Part shown: in pieces, positions 1-10,531 of the stretch | How positions within the stretch are numbered: the first letter of the stretch is position 1 | How the letters are laid out: the number at the start of each line of letters is the position of its first letter | Assembly (NCBI GenBank): GCA_963705505.1 | Contig: CAVPJU010000008.1 | Coordinates: forward strand, 129,774-193,773 | From: an uncultured bacterium | Lineage (GTDB): Bacteria; Desulfobacterota_D; UBA1144; Nemesobacterales; UBA2774 | Length of the DNA stretch: 64,000 nucleotides | Reading direction: 5' to 3' | Program-made: the position numbers and the translations under genes | Notes under the pieces: generated by a model | The model's database searches: none | Told to the model about the DNA's origin: nothing | Seen by the model: only the letters and a program-made list of their open reading frames with translations

Positions 1-117
1 GAGACGGCGGTCAGGGAGATCGGCGCCGACAACGTGCTGATCGAAGTCGTCTGGGACCCGCCCTGGAACCCCGACATGATGTCGGATCAGGCCAAAGAAA
101 AGCTCGGCATGGCATAG
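1..117 (+). CDS. 3' end of DUF59/SufT (PaaD-like) metal-sulfur cluster assembly factor, partial
   Basis: Frame 1 reads ETAVREIGADNVLIEVVWDPPWNPDMMSDQAKEKLGMA*; WDPPW..DMMS is the typical DUF59 C-terminus; lies directly upstream of mrp. Confidence 0.85.
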   Translation, partial: ETAVREIGADNVLIEVVWDPPWNPDMMSDQAKEKLGMA

Positions 118-161
118 TCGCATAGACCGGCAATAATTAAAAAGGAGATTACATCCCACAA

Positions 162-1220
162 ATGGAGCTTAACCAGGAAGGCGTCCGGAGCGTCCTTAAA
201 AAGGTCAGGTACCCCGGATTCACTAGAGACATAGTATCGTTCGGCATAGTAAAAGACGTACAGGTCGATGGGGGCCGTGTAACGGTTTCCCTCATGCTCC
301 CCAAGCCCGACAAGAAAATCGAGACCGAGATAGGCGAGTCCGTGAGGAGCGCTCTGCTCGAGACCCCCGGAGTCTCGGACGTCGATATACGCATCGGCGC
401 AAGGGAGCCCAAAGCCGCGCCCGGACAGGGACAGGCTAAGGCGGAAGCCCCGTCCAAGCTCCCGGCGATCAAGTACTACATTGCGGTCGCGAGCGGCAAG
501 GGAGGAGTGGGCAAATCGACAGTCGCAGTCAACCTCGCCGTGGCAATGGCCATGAAGAGGCAGGGCGTGGGACTCATGGACGCCGACATCTGGGGGCCGA
601 GCCTGCCGATAATGTTAGGCGTAAAGGACAGGCCTCACGCGACCGAGCAGAACAGGATAATCCCGCTCGAGAAGCACGGACTTAAACTCATGTCGATCGG
701 CTTTCTCATAAGCGAGGACGAGACCGTCATATGGCGCGGGCCGATGGTGCACGGCGCTATAAAGCAGTTCATCGAGGACGTCGAGTGGACAGGGATCGAC
801 TACCTCGTCATAGACCTCCCTCCCGGGACAGGCGACGCGCAGCTTTCGCTCGTGCAGACGGCGCCCTTGAGCGGGGGACTCATCGTCACCACCCCGCAGG
901 ACGTAGCGCTTATAGACGTGAGGCGCGGGGTGCAGATGTTCAGGAAGCTGAACGTGCCCATAATCGGCATTGTCGAGAACATGAGCTATCTGGAAGCCCC
1001 CGGGGGCGAGAATATAGATATATTCGGAAGGGGCGGAGGCAGGAGGATGGCCGAGAAGTTCGAAGTGCCGTTCCTTGGAGAGATACCCATAGACCCCGAA
1101 ATAAGAAAGGGCGGGGACTCGGGCGTCCCTATCGTCATATCCAAGCCCGAAAGCACGGCGGCGAAGGCGTTCATGGAGCTTGCCGATGTAGTGCTGAGAT
1201 CCATAGAGAATACTCAATAA
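162..1220 (+). CDS. mrp: Mrp/NBP35 (ApbC) family P-loop ATPase with N-terminal DUF59-like domain
   Basis: ASGKGGVGKST, DADIWGPS, WRGPM, DLPPGTGD, TTPQ and ENMS motifs; AAGGAG upstream. Confidence 0.93.
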   Translation: MELNQEGVRSVLKKVRYPGFTRDIVSFGIVKDVQVDGGRVTVSLMLPKPDKKIETEIGESVRSALLETPGVSDVDIRIGAREPKAAPGQGQAKAEAPSKLPAIKYYIAVASGKGGVGKSTVAVNLAVAMAMKRQGVGLMDADIWGPSLPIMLGVKDRPHATEQNRIIPLEKHGLKLMSIGFLISEDETVIWRGPMVHGAIKQFIEDVEWTGIDYLVIDLPPGTGDAQLSLVQTAPLSGGLIVTTPQDVALIDVRRGVQMFRKLNVPIIGIVENMSYLEAPGGENIDIFGRGGGRRMAEKFEVPFLGEIPIDPEIRKGGDSGVPIVISKPESTAAKAFMELADVVLRSIENTQ

Positions 1221-1497
1221 TTAAGCCGCGCCCGGCTCATATAATCCCCCGGACCGCATTCTTGAATCGACCCCGCGGGTGATTATTTTAACCTTATAAG
1301 AGCTTCCCGCTCCCACGAAAATATTGACTCCGGTAAAATTAAGGCTAATTTTAAGTACTGCGCGTCCGGGATAAATATTTCGAAGAAGGAAGCGGCGATA
1401 CCGGAGCGGATTGCGATTGAGGTAAAATGAGTTAATGGCTATTCTCTCCTTGACCCGGCCTTCACCGGAGGACAGGATAGCCACTCCACGAATATAA

Positions 1498-2490
1498 ATG
1501 GCGACGACTGTTAAAGACTATTACAAGATACTGGGCGTATCCAAGAACGCGACAAAAGAAGAGATCAAAAAGGCTTACAGGAGCCTCGCGCGGAAATACC
1601 ACCCCGACCTGAACCCGGACAACAAGGAATCCGAGGAGAAGTTCAAAGAGCTGCAGGAAGCCCACGAGGTGCTTTCCGACGAGGAGAAAAGAAAGACTTA
1701 TGATATGTTCGGGAGCGCCGAATTCAGACCCGGAGGCAGGACGACGTGGAAGCGCGCCGGGGATACCGGAGAAGGGCAGGCGTACGAGTACAGCTACAGC
1801 GCTAACGACTTCACCGGGTTCGAGGACATTTTCAAGGACATATTCGGGTTCACGGGCGAAGGGAGACCCGGCAGGAGCAGGGGCGACGCGTTCCGCGATA
1901 TATTCACCACTGTGACGAAGGAAAGGGCCGCGAGAGGAAGGGACCTCGAATACCAGATAGAGATAGACTTCGATACCGCAATCAAGGGGGGCGTGAGGGA
2001 TCTATCCATTAGCAGGCAGAAGCAGGATACGGTGGAGACCGAAAAACTCTCGGTCAGGATACCCGCCGGAGTCGACAACGGCTCACGGATACGGGTCCAG
2101 GGCAAGGGCGAGGGAGGGGGCACAAAGGGAGACCTATATTTAAGGGTCAAGGTCAAGCCGCATCCTATATACAGGAGAAAGGGAGACGACATCTACCTCG
2201 AAGTGCCCGTCACGGTCTACGAAGCCGCTCTCGGCAAGAAAATAGAGATACCGACAATAGACGGGACGGCGGAGCTAACGATCCCGCCCGGAGTGCAGAG
2301 CGGGACCAAGCTCAGGCTCAAGGGCAAAGGCGTCACCAACCTGAAAACCAAGGCGAGAGGGGACCAGTACATAGAGATAAAGGTAGTAATGCCCGACAAG
2401 ATCGACGAGGACGACAGGAAGAGGTTCGAAGAGCTTGAGAAATCGCACCCGTACAATCCGAGAACGAAGTTCGGAAGGTATATGAGGTAA
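1498..2490 (+). CDS. DnaJ-class chaperone (CbpA-like, no zinc finger)
   Basis: J domain (DYYKILG, HPD motif), G/F region, DnaJ C-terminal domain; no CxxCxGxG repeats. Confidence 0.9.
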   Translation: MATTVKDYYKILGVSKNATKEEIKKAYRSLARKYHPDLNPDNKESEEKFKELQEAHEVLSDEEKRKTYDMFGSAEFRPGGRTTWKRAGDTGEGQAYEYSYSANDFTGFEDIFKDIFGFTGEGRPGRSRGDAFRDIFTTVTKERAARGRDLEYQIEIDFDTAIKGGVRDLSISRQKQDTVETEKLSVRIPAGVDNGSRIRVQGKGEGGGTKGDLYLRVKVKPHPIYRRKGDDIYLEVPVTVYEAALGKKIEIPTIDGTAELTIPPGVQSGTKLRLKGKGVTNLKTKARGDQYIEIKVVMPDKIDEDDRKRFEELEKSHPYNPRTKFGRYMR

Positions 2491-2576
2491 CGGCGTCCGG
2501 TCGCCGTGCCGCCCGATGGAAACGTTTAATAACATCGATGCGGAGCAAAGAGAGCAAAATACAGGAGGAAGAAGAA

Positions 2577-2864
2577 ATGAGTGATGAAACCAAACAGAAG
2601 CCGAGATCGGGGGAGCTGACGATGGACTTCTCGGCGTTTATCCTTTCCTTAAATGCCTCCTCGCTTATACATCTCGGGGAGATACACGACCCGGAGTCGA
2701 GGGAGAGAAGCGTGAACATACCCGCCGCGAAACACACCATAGAGATACTTGAGATCATAAAGGAAAAGACCGCGGGGAACCTGGACAAGGACGAGAAGAA
2801 ACTCCTCGAGGATATCCTCTATACGCTCAGGCTGAAATTCCTCCAGCACTCCAAGTCCGAATAG
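2577..2864 (+). CDS. DUF1844 domain protein
   Basis: F..FILSL...LIHLG..DP...A+HTI+IL..++EKT.GNL pattern; AGGAGG precedes ATG 2577 (ORF track starts at 2538). Confidence 0.8.
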   Translation: MSDETKQKPRSGELTMDFSAFILSLNASSLIHLGEIHDPESRERSVNIPAAKHTIEILEIIKEKTAGNLDKDEKKLLEDILYTLRLKFLQHSKSE

Positions 2865-2890
2865 CCGGAATTAAAACGGATTAAAAACCG

Positions 2891-3616
2891 TCACGCCCTT
2901 ACAGGGGATTCCCCGTTTATTATCTGATAGGTATTCGAGACGACCTCGTCCACGAGAGCGGGGCCGATATGCTTTTTGATAACGGCGAGACCGTCCGATA
3001 CGATGGGGATTCTGTGCTTTCTCGAATGCGCGTCCGACGAGATGAAATGAAGAACGCCCAGCTTCGCGAACTCGAGCGAGCACTTCTTAGCCGCGTCCCC
3101 GAACCCTCCAGACAGGCTCGACGCCGTAACCTGCACTAAAGCTCCCATGCTGACTAACTCCAGTATCCTCTTGGGCGCGCTCTGGAACTCGCGGTTACGC
3201 TCCGGGTGCGCGAGCACGGCTTTCTTTCCCAGCGATTCGAGCCCGAAAATGACCTCTTCGATGCCGAGCGGGAGGCTGTAAAAAGGTATCTCGATGAGTA
3301 TATAATCGCTGTCCGCGAGAGTGAGGACCTCGCCGTTCGAGACGTATCTCGGAAGGTCGGGAATAATCCCTATCTCCATCCCCGGAAAAACCTTGAAATC
3401 GAGCCCCGCTTCGCCGATCCTGCTGTTAAGCTCGGCGACGACGCTCCTTACGGTCTCGGGACTCGGCTGCCAGTTCGTGCCCTGTATCCAGTGGGGCGTC
3501 GTGACGGCTCCCTTTATCCCGTCCCCGATGGCGATCCTTATCATCTCGAGGCTCTCCTCCCAGCTCTTGGACCCATCGTCTATGTTCGGCAGCAGGTGGC
3601 AGTGTATGTCGATCAT
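2891..3616 (-). CDS. CpsB/CapC (YwqE-like) PHP-family protein-tyrosine phosphatase
   Basis: MIDIHCHLLPNIDDG, TPH, AHPERN and SDAH motifs. Confidence 0.9.
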   Translation of the reverse strand: MIDIHCHLLPNIDDGSKSWEESLEMIRIAIGDGIKGAVTTPHWIQGTNWQPSPETVRSVVAELNSRIGEAGLDFKVFPGMEIGIIPDLPRYVSNGEVLTLADSDYILIEIPFYSLPLGIEEVIFGLESLGKKAVLAHPERNREFQSAPKRILELVSMGALVQVTASSLSGGFGDAAKKCSLEFAKLGVLHFISSDAHSRKHRIPIVSDGLAVIKKHIGPALVDEVVSNTYQIINGESPVRA

Positions 3617-3740
3617 TGCGTAGTAGTATATACAACCAGAACAAACCGTAAACTATACTTAATTTACAGTAATTTCGAACTCTATTATAATAAGAGTGTT
3701 TTCCGGCAAATAAAGGGGTAAATAAAGAAAAAGGAAAAAT

Positions 3741-5204
3741 ATGCGCATCGAAGAGATACTGAAGCGGTTCGGCAGGCAGAAGATACTCGTCGTAGGGGAC
3801 ATAATGCTCGACTGCTACGTGAGGGGCGCGGTCGACAGGATTTCCCCCGAGGCTCCCGTCCCCGTGCTAAAGGTCATGGAGGAAGCGAGCACGCCCGGAG
3901 GCGCGGGGAACGTCGCACTCAATCTCAGGACGCTCGGCGCGTCCGTCGAGCTCATAGGCGCTCTCGGGAAAGATCCGGAAGGCGATCGGATAGTTCATTT
4001 CCTGAAAGAGAACGAAATAGGCACGGGCGGGATCGTCCGGGACATCGACAAACCCACGACGACGAAGACGAGGCTCATCGCGGGAAACCAGCAAATCGCG
4101 CGCATCGATAAAGAAGTCGATACGCTCACACACGAGAGGGTAGAGAAAGCGCTCATGGCCTCGATAGACCACGCGGTGAGTCACTTCAAGCCCAAAGGGA
4201 TAATAATCTCCGACTACTCGAAGGGCACAATTACCGACAGGGTCGTCTCTCACGCGATAAAGCTCGCGAAGGAATCCGGAATATTCGTCACGGTCGACCC
4301 GAAGGGGGAATTGTACTATAAGTACCGGGGCGCAGACGCGATCACGCCCAACCTGAAAGAAGCCGAGACCGCGTCCGGGGTCAGGATAAAGGACGAGGAA
4401 ACTATTAAAGAAGCGGCGAAGAAAATAATTGCGCAGACGGAAGCCGACTTCGTGCTTGTAACGCGGGGCGCAGACGGTATCAGTTATTTTTCAAAACACG
4501 GGGAGTCCGGAACGGTCCCTTCGCACTCAGTCGAGGTGTTCGACGTGACGGGCGCGGGCGATACGGCGGCGAGCGTCTTTACACTCGCGTTCCTCGCGTC
4601 CTACTTACTGGAAGAATCCGTAAAGATAGCCAACGCCGCGGCGGGGATTGTCGTAAGCCGCATCGGGACGTCCAGCGTCACTCAGGCCGACCTCAAGGCT
4701 CATTTCGCGAGGGAGGAGGAACGGGAAAGGTCAAAGATTTCAGCGCGCGGACCTCTCGCGAAAACGCTTTCGGGCCTCCGGGCGAAGGGCAGAAAGGTAG
4801 TATTCACGAACGGGTGCTTCGACCTGTTCCATACGGGGCATTTGAAGCTGCTGCGGGAGGCCCGGAAATTAGGCGACGTGCTGGTAGTAGCGATAAACAG
4901 CGATAAATCGGTAAGGAAGCTCAAAGGGGCAGGCAGGCCCTACATAACGGAAGCCGACCGCGCCATACTCCTTTCGGCGCTTGACTGCGTCGATTATCTC
5001 GTCGTATTCGAAGAGGACACCCCGCTTGAGCTGATAAAGGAGCTAAAACCCGACGTACTGGTAAAGGGCGGAGATTACAAGCCTGAAGATGTGGTCGGCG
5101 GAGAATTCGTCAGGAGCTATGGAGGAAGGGTCAAAATCATCCCCCTCGTTAAGGGCGTATCCACATCGTCACTTGCGGAGAAGATAAAGAACAGCCGGCC
5201 ATAA
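3741..5204 (+). CDS. hldE: Bifunctional heptose-7-phosphate kinase / heptose-1-phosphate adenylyltransferase
   Basis: RISPEAPVPV and DVTGAGD kinase domain plus FTNGCFDLFHTGH and KGGDY nucleotidyltransferase domain. Confidence 0.95.
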   Translation: MRIEEILKRFGRQKILVVGDIMLDCYVRGAVDRISPEAPVPVLKVMEEASTPGGAGNVALNLRTLGASVELIGALGKDPEGDRIVHFLKENEIGTGGIVRDIDKPTTTKTRLIAGNQQIARIDKEVDTLTHERVEKALMASIDHAVSHFKPKGIIISDYSKGTITDRVVSHAIKLAKESGIFVTVDPKGELYYKYRGADAITPNLKEAETASGVRIKDEETIKEAAKKIIAQTEADFVLVTRGADGISYFSKHGESGTVPSHSVEVFDVTGAGDTAASVFTLAFLASYLLEESVKIANAAAGIVVSRIGTSSVTQADLKAHFAREEERERSKISARGPLAKTLSGLRAKGRKVVFTNGCFDLFHTGHLKLLREARKLGDVLVVAINSDKSVRKLKGAGRPYITEADRAILLSALDCVDYLVVFEEDTPLELIKELKPDVLVKGGDYKPEDVVGGEFVRSYGGRVKIIPLVKGVSTSSLAEKIKNSRP

Positions 5205-5275
5205 GACCGCCGTACGTGACAACGAACGACAAGGCGGCGCCCGGGCGGCCTCATCCATTGCCCGCCGTTTCTAAA

Positions 5276-6046
5276 TCAATTGCATATCGTGTTTAGATAT
5301 CGGTTGGAATTGACTCCGAACTCGGATCCCGGTGAAATCTCTTCCACCTTCTTGAATGACTCGCACGCCTTTATGTTGTCATTCAGCTTGAGATAGGCGA
5401 GACCGAGGTTGAAGTGGGCTTCCTCATAACTGGGGAGCCCTTTTATGGCCTGCTGGAACTCTGTCACCGCCTCCCCGTACCTTCCGGCGGACATATACAA
5501 TTTGCCGAGCTCGTTGTGCGCGTAGACGAAAGCGGGGTTCAGCTTGAGCGCCTGCTCGTAATTCTCCCTCGCCTTCGTCATATCCCCCTTGTTGAAGTAG
5601 GCGAGCCCTATGTTCGTGTACGCGTTGGCTCTCGCCTTGTATGTAGGGTCGGCTACGACGAGGCCGCATTCGGAAATGACCTGGTCGTAATTTTTCTCTA
5701 TCAGGTATAACCCGCAGAGGTTAAAATGCGCGGGCGTGTAAGTGGAGCTCAGGCTGATCGCCTTTTTATAGTTCTGCTCGGCTGCAGGATAATCCTTGAG
5801 ACCCATATATATGGCGCCCTTTATTAGATAGACTTCAGGGTCCTTGTCGTTTATCTTCTCGGCCGCCTCTATCTCCTTCAGGGCCTGCTGGAAGTTGCCC
5901 CTCCACGAGGACGCCACTGCGAGCCCCTTCTGGTTCTCGAACGTCTTCCCCTGATCGACAGCCACATCGGCCTTCTTCTTGGCGCCGCCCCCGCAGGAGA
6001 CGAGCACAACCGCTATCATGAGAGAAACGAGCGCTATATTCTTCAT
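5276..6046 (-). CDS. TPR-repeat lipoprotein (PilF/PilW-like)
   Basis: Signal peptide with lipobox LVSC followed by multiple TPR repeats. Confidence 0.75.
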   Translation of the reverse strand: MKNIALVSLMIAVVLVSCGGGAKKKADVAVDQGKTFENQKGLAVASSWRGNFQQALKEIEAAEKINDKDPEVYLIKGAIYMGLKDYPAAEQNYKKAISLSSTYTPAHFNLCGLYLIEKNYDQVISECGLVVADPTYKARANAYTNIGLAYFNKGDMTKARENYEQALKLNPAFVYAHNELGKLYMSAGRYGEAVTEFQQAIKGLPSYEEAHFNLGLAYLKLNDNIKACESFKKVEEISPGSEFGVNSNRYLNTICN

Positions 6047-6047
6047 A

Positions 6048-6950
6048 TCAGTCGAGCCTCGTCAACTGGAGAAAAGCAGTGAACCTCTTATCGACATCGG
6101 ACCTCTTCAACTGCGCTATCCTCTTCACGCTGAAATTCTCGACAGTGAAGGAGGCGATAACGCTGCCGAAGACGACTGCAGTCTTATATCCCAGGTGATC
6201 GGCGATACCCTGCCCGGCTACGAACCCCATGAAACCTCCCGCGAACGAATCTCCCGCCCCCGTCGGGTCGATTACCTCATCGAGCGGGTAGCTCGGGGCC
6301 CAGAAAATGCCCTCCTTCGAGAACATCAGCGCGCCGTACTCTCCCCTCTTCACTATCAGCACCTTGGGGCCGAGGTCCAGCACCGTCCTGGCCGCATGCG
6401 TGATCCGGGGCTCTTTCGCGAGTATCCTGGTCTCGGAATCGTTCAGCATCAGTATGTCCACCCGCCTTATCACTTCCTTGAGGGCCTCGGGCTTGTTCTC
6501 TATCCAGTAGTTCATGGTGTCGCAGGCGACGAGCTTCGGGCTTTTCACCTGATTGAGGACGCTCAGCTGAAGCTCGGGATCGATATTCGCGAGGAATACA
6601 TATTCTATGTTCCTGTACTCCTCCGGCAGGACCGGCTTGAAGTTTTTGAATACGTTTAGGTGCGTCCCCAGAGTCTCCGGGTCCCCCAGGTCGTAGCCGT
6701 ATTTTCCTTCCCATCTGAATGTTTGTCCGGCTTCCCTCTTTACTCCACTGAGCGATATACCCTTCGACCTGAAAAGCTCGAGGTGCTCTTCGGGGAAATC
6801 GCTGCCCACGACGGCCACGGCGCACACGTCCGTAAACATGCTCGCCGCGAGGGAGAAATATGACGCGGATCCCCCCAGTATATTCTCCTCTTTCCCGAAC
6901 GGCGTCTCCACGGAATCGAGAGCGATTGATCCTACAACCAGAAGCTTCAT
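6048..6950 (-). CDS. PfkB family carbohydrate/nucleoside kinase
   Basis: GGSA near N-terminus and DPTGAGDSFAGG signature; overlaps mtnP by 4 bp. Confidence 0.9.
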   Translation of the reverse strand: MKLLVVGSIALDSVETPFGKEENILGGSASYFSLAASMFTDVCAVAVVGSDFPEEHLELFRSKGISLSGVKREAGQTFRWEGKYGYDLGDPETLGTHLNVFKNFKPVLPEEYRNIEYVFLANIDPELQLSVLNQVKSPKLVACDTMNYWIENKPEALKEVIRRVDILMLNDSETRILAKEPRITHAARTVLDLGPKVLIVKRGEYGALMFSKEGIFWAPSYPLDEVIDPTGAGDSFAGGFMGFVAGQGIADHLGYKTAVVFGSVIASFTVENFSVKRIAQLKRSDVDKRFTAFLQLTRLD

Positions 6951-7804
6951 TGCACGTACCTCTTTATCAGTATTCCGAGTCTGTCCTTGACCTCGGGCGT
7001 AATTGCGTCCCTCGAGGTGATGATGGCGTTTTCAAGTGAGTTCGGGCAGGTGCACTCCTTATTTTCATTTATGGCGGGAAGAACATTTACGATAATTTTC
7101 CTGGCGAGAGCCACGTTATTCATGAGTGTCTCGATCACGTCATCCACCGTTACGTCACCGTGTTGCTCGTGCCAGCAGTCATAGTCAGTCGACAATGCAA
7201 GTGTAGAATAGCAAATCTCCGCTTCCCGCGCAAGCTTTGCCTCGGGCATATTTGTCATCCCTATCACGTCCACTCCCCACTTCCTGTAGATGTTGCTCTC
7301 CGCGCGGGACGAGAACTGCGGCCCCTCCATGCAGATATACGTTGCGTCCTTATGTACCGTGGCGCCCGCCGCGAGCGATGCCTCATAAAGCGCACGCGAG
7401 AGGGACGGGCACACCGGGTCGGCCATGGACACGTGGGCCGCTATGCCGTCCCCGAAGAAAGTGGACGCCCTCGACTTCGTATGGTCGTAGAACTGGGAGG
7501 GTATTACGATATGGCCGGGCGCGATATCCTCCCTCATGCTCCCGACCGCGCTCACGGATATTATCCATTCGGCCCCGAGCATCTTCATCGCGAATATATT
7601 CGCGCGGTAGTTTATCTCGGACGGCATGAGCTTGTGCCCTTTCCCGTGCCTCGGCAGAAACACGAGCTTCGTATCTCCGAGCATTCCGAGCGCGGGGTCG
7701 TCCGAAGGCTTGCCCCATGGCGTATCCACGCTCACGGTCTCGACTTCGGTAACGCCCTCGAGAGCGTAGAGCCCGCTTCCGCCTATTATTCCGACTGTTT
7801 TCAT
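6947..7804 (-). CDS. mtnP: S-methyl-5'-thioadenosine phosphorylase
   Basis: GIIGGSG, PRHG, EGPQFS, IGMTNMPEAKLARE and TDYDCW motifs. Confidence 0.92.
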   Translation of the reverse strand: MKTVGIIGGSGLYALEGVTEVETVSVDTPWGKPSDDPALGMLGDTKLVFLPRHGKGHKLMPSEINYRANIFAMKMLGAEWIISVSAVGSMREDIAPGHIVIPSQFYDHTKSRASTFFGDGIAAHVSMADPVCPSLSRALYEASLAAGATVHKDATYICMEGPQFSSRAESNIYRKWGVDVIGMTNMPEAKLAREAEICYSTLALSTDYDCWHEQHGDVTVDDVIETLMNNVALARKIIVNVLPAINENKECTCPNSLENAIITSRDAITPEVKDRLGILIKRYVQ

Positions 7805-7890
7805 TCTCCCCTCTCTGTCAGTTACTTGCCAAGTCAGTTATCTACGTAATCAAACCCTCAGGGCTCATCCGCCGGTGAACAGCGATCGGT

Positions 7891-8853
7891 TCAATTGGAA
7901 GGCATATCGAGCTTCGTGCCGATGCCCGCCCCCTTTGCGACCTTGTACACGTGCGCGGCGACGGCTATGTCCTCGACCGCAATGCCGAGCGACTTGAAAA
8001 GGGTTATATCCTCAGCCGTCGCTCGGCCCTTTACCTTGCCCGCGACGACGTCCCCGAGCTCCGTGAGCTGAGACCACCTGAGCGTACCCTTTTCTATGAG
8101 CGGAAGGAACTCGCCCGCCTCCATTCTCGACTGCTCTAAAGACTCCACTACAATAATATCCGCGCTCCTCACGGTCTTCTCGTCTATCTCCCTCTTGAAA
8201 AGAAAATTGCCGCCTATGGCGTTTATGTGCACCCCCTTCCTGAGCCAATCCCCCTTGAATACAGGCTCGAACGCGGTAGTCGACGTGATGACGCAGTCCG
8301 CGTCCCTCATCGCTTCCTCGGGCGTGCCCACGGGGGTCACGGTTATGCGCAGCAGCTTTTCCATCTCCTTCGAGAAGGCCTCCCTCCCGGCCGCATTCCG
8401 GCTGTAGACGCTTATCTTCTTCACGTTCCTCACCGCCGCCGCCGCAAGAAGCTGCCCCCTCGCCTGCCAGCCCGCGCCGTATATACCGACGCGGCCCATA
8501 TCCTCCCTCGCCATATATTTCGTCGCCACGCCGGACACGGCGCCCGTCCGCATCATGCCCATGTAGTTCCCGTCCATGATAGACAGCAGCTCGCCCGTCT
8601 CAAGATCGTGGAGGAACACCCTGAACTTGACGCCCGTCCTCGAGGTGGTATAAGCCTTATAGCCCATTACGCCCAGGTGAGGCAGAGCCCCCGCAAGGTA
8701 ATGGAGCATGCTCACATCCGTCCTTATTCTCTGTCTGGGCTGATTTATTATGTTTCCGAGCCCTTGCTGCCTGAACGTCTCCTCAAGCACCTTTACGGCG
8801 TCGGACATGGTGAGGATCTGCCTTACATCCTCCTCTCCCAGGAATAAAACCAT
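7891..8853 (-). CDS. Ornithine cyclodeaminase / mu-crystallin family protein
   Basis: RTGA, GAGWQA Rossmann motif, HINAIG, FKSLGIAVED. Confidence 0.88.
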   Translation of the reverse strand: MVLFLGEEDVRQILTMSDAVKVLEETFRQQGLGNIINQPRQRIRTDVSMLHYLAGALPHLGVMGYKAYTTSRTGVKFRVFLHDLETGELLSIMDGNYMGMMRTGAVSGVATKYMAREDMGRVGIYGAGWQARGQLLAAAAVRNVKKISVYSRNAAGREAFSKEMEKLLRITVTPVGTPEEAMRDADCVITSTTAFEPVFKGDWLRKGVHINAIGGNFLFKREIDEKTVRSADIIVVESLEQSRMEAGEFLPLIEKGTLRWSQLTELGDVVAGKVKGRATAEDITLFKSLGIAVEDIAVAAHVYKVAKGAGIGTKLDMPSN

Positions 8854-9087
8854 CGAATCCTCCTACCGTGCTCCCATCCAAGCCTAGGATTTTAACATTT
8901 AAGCGCCTGATTTTAAAGGAAGGCCGGGTAGTTATGAAGAATACACACAGTTCCTTTAATCCGTATCATGGAATTTCATAACGTATTAAATATGAAGCGT
9001 CCCGAATCTCTCATAATCCGGCTTGAAGAATCATTTTCGAGTTATTGTGTTAGATTAAATTCAATTACAGGTTATAAAGACGATTTG

Positions 9088-10053
9088 CTATTCCTGTTTA
9101 AAGGTAATAACATTAATCGTAGCATCGGATAAATGAGGCACATCGCTCTGAAGCCTGTGATTTACCTCTCTGGCAATTTCTTGCCCGTCTCTCACAGAAA
9201 GCGCTGATTTAACCCCGATACTGAGCTGAGTGTGGAGATTGTGACCTATCCATCTGGCCTTTACTTCGGAAACTTCCGCGACTCCTTCAACGTTAATTGC
9301 CGTTTTTTCAATCTCATCGATAATTCCGGGATCAACCCCATCGAGGATGCGAACGAATATCTGTTTTGCGGCTTGCCAAACAATAACGAGTATCGCCGCA
9401 GTTATAACCAGTCCTATAATCGGATCGGCCATGGGATAGCCCAGCCAAACGCCCAGAGCGCCGAACAGTACAGCGAGGCTGGTCCATCCGTCTACACGCG
9501 CATGGTATCCGTCGGCGACGAGTGCGGCGCTCCCGATTTCTTTGCCCACCCTGATTCGAAAAATCGCTACAACCTCATTGCCGAGAAAACCGATAATAGA
9601 AGCCGCGATGACCGCGTATAAATGTCCTACCTTTTGAGGGTGTAATAAGCGGGAAATGGATTCATAACCTGCGACCAATGCGCTGAATAAAATAATCAGA
9701 ACGATAATTATTCCTGCCAGGTCTTCCACGCGGCCATAGCCGTAAGTGAACCTTTTGCTCGGCTTCGATTTAGCCAGCATGAAGGCGACTCCCAGTGGAA
9801 TCGCCGTTGCCGCATCTCCAAAATTATGTATGGTGTCGGCAAGCAAAGCTATACTGCCGGACAGTACCACAACGATGACCTGCAAAAGAGCAGTAATCAT
9901 TAGTCCGGCAAAAGACCATTTAACCGCCAGGATGCCTTTTTCCGAATCCAGAATGGAATAATCCGGTATATCGTGACTATGACCGCCAAAACCTTCATGA
10001 TGATGGTAATGTGAGTGGTCGTGATGATGGTGATTATCGTCTCGCTCGCTCAT
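9088..10053 (-). CDS. Cation diffusion facilitator transporter with His-rich N-terminus
   Basis: ALLADTIHNFGD, FTYGYGRVE, ADGYHARVD; N-terminal HHHHDHSHYHHH; ATG start chosen over the ORF-track start at 10074. Confidence 0.9.
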   Translation of the reverse strand: MSERDDNHHHHDHSHYHHHEGFGGHSHDIPDYSILDSEKGILAVKWSFAGLMITALLQVIVVVLSGSIALLADTIHNFGDAATAIPLGVAFMLAKSKPSKRFTYGYGRVEDLAGIIIVLIILFSALVAGYESISRLLHPQKVGHLYAVIAASIIGFLGNEVVAIFRIRVGKEIGSAALVADGYHARVDGWTSLAVLFGALGVWLGYPMADPIIGLVITAAILVIVWQAAKQIFVRILDGVDPGIIDEIEKTAINVEGVAEVSEVKARWIGHNLHTQLSIGVKSALSVRDGQEIAREVNHRLQSDVPHLSDATINVITFKQE

Positions 10054-10111
10054 TAGATTCCCGCACCATAGCAATCAATTTTTTTAAACAGACGCATGAT
10101 AGACAGCTTAT

Positions 10112-10390
10112 CTATTTCAAATAGGTCCTGATCAATTCTATCAACACTTCGGTCGCCTTCAGCCGCTCGGAATTCAGAGCGGTATCGGGATCAAGTACGT
10201 GGAGCTTGATATGGCCCTCGAGAACCTCCGACATGAGACCGTTTATAGCGCCGCGGCACGCCGCAATATCCTGAAGTATCAATGAACAATCCTTTTCTTC
10301 TTCGAGGGATTTCTCAATTCCTTCGATCTGCCCGCGGATTCTCCTCACACGATTGATCAGCCTTTTTTTATCCGTAATTGTATGAGACAC
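10112..10390 (-). CDS. RcnR/CsoR/FrmR family metal-sensing repressor
   Basis: MSHT..., RVRRIRGQ, Cys in DCSLILQ, H..LH; GTG start at 10390 with GGAG SD. Confidence 0.9.
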   Translation of the reverse strand: MSHTITDKKRLINRVRRIRGQIEGIEKSLEEEKDCSLILQDIAACRGAINGLMSEVLEGHIKLHVLDPDTALNSERLKATEVLIELIRTYLK

Positions 10391-10422
10391 TCGCAGCACT
10401 CCTATCGTCCGTAGTTTTTGAG

Positions 10423-10446
10423 AATACTATACAGGGGTATAGTATT
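10423..10446. promoter_or_regulatory. RcnR/CsoR-type operator
   Basis: Perfect 10-bp inverted repeat AATACTATAC-AGGG-GTATAGTATT around a G tract, immediately upstream of the repressor gene. Confidence 0.8.
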
Positions 10447-10531
10447 TATGCAAATTGACGCCTCGTAACAAACGGCATTCAGACTAAATTTGAGCTATAT
10501 AAAGGTATTTCGATTCACGTATGTGGTATCG

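Noticed and set aside
1300..1497. CIRCE/HrcA operator upstream of the DnaJ-class gene
   Set aside because: No TTAGCACTC-N9-GAGTGCTAA match
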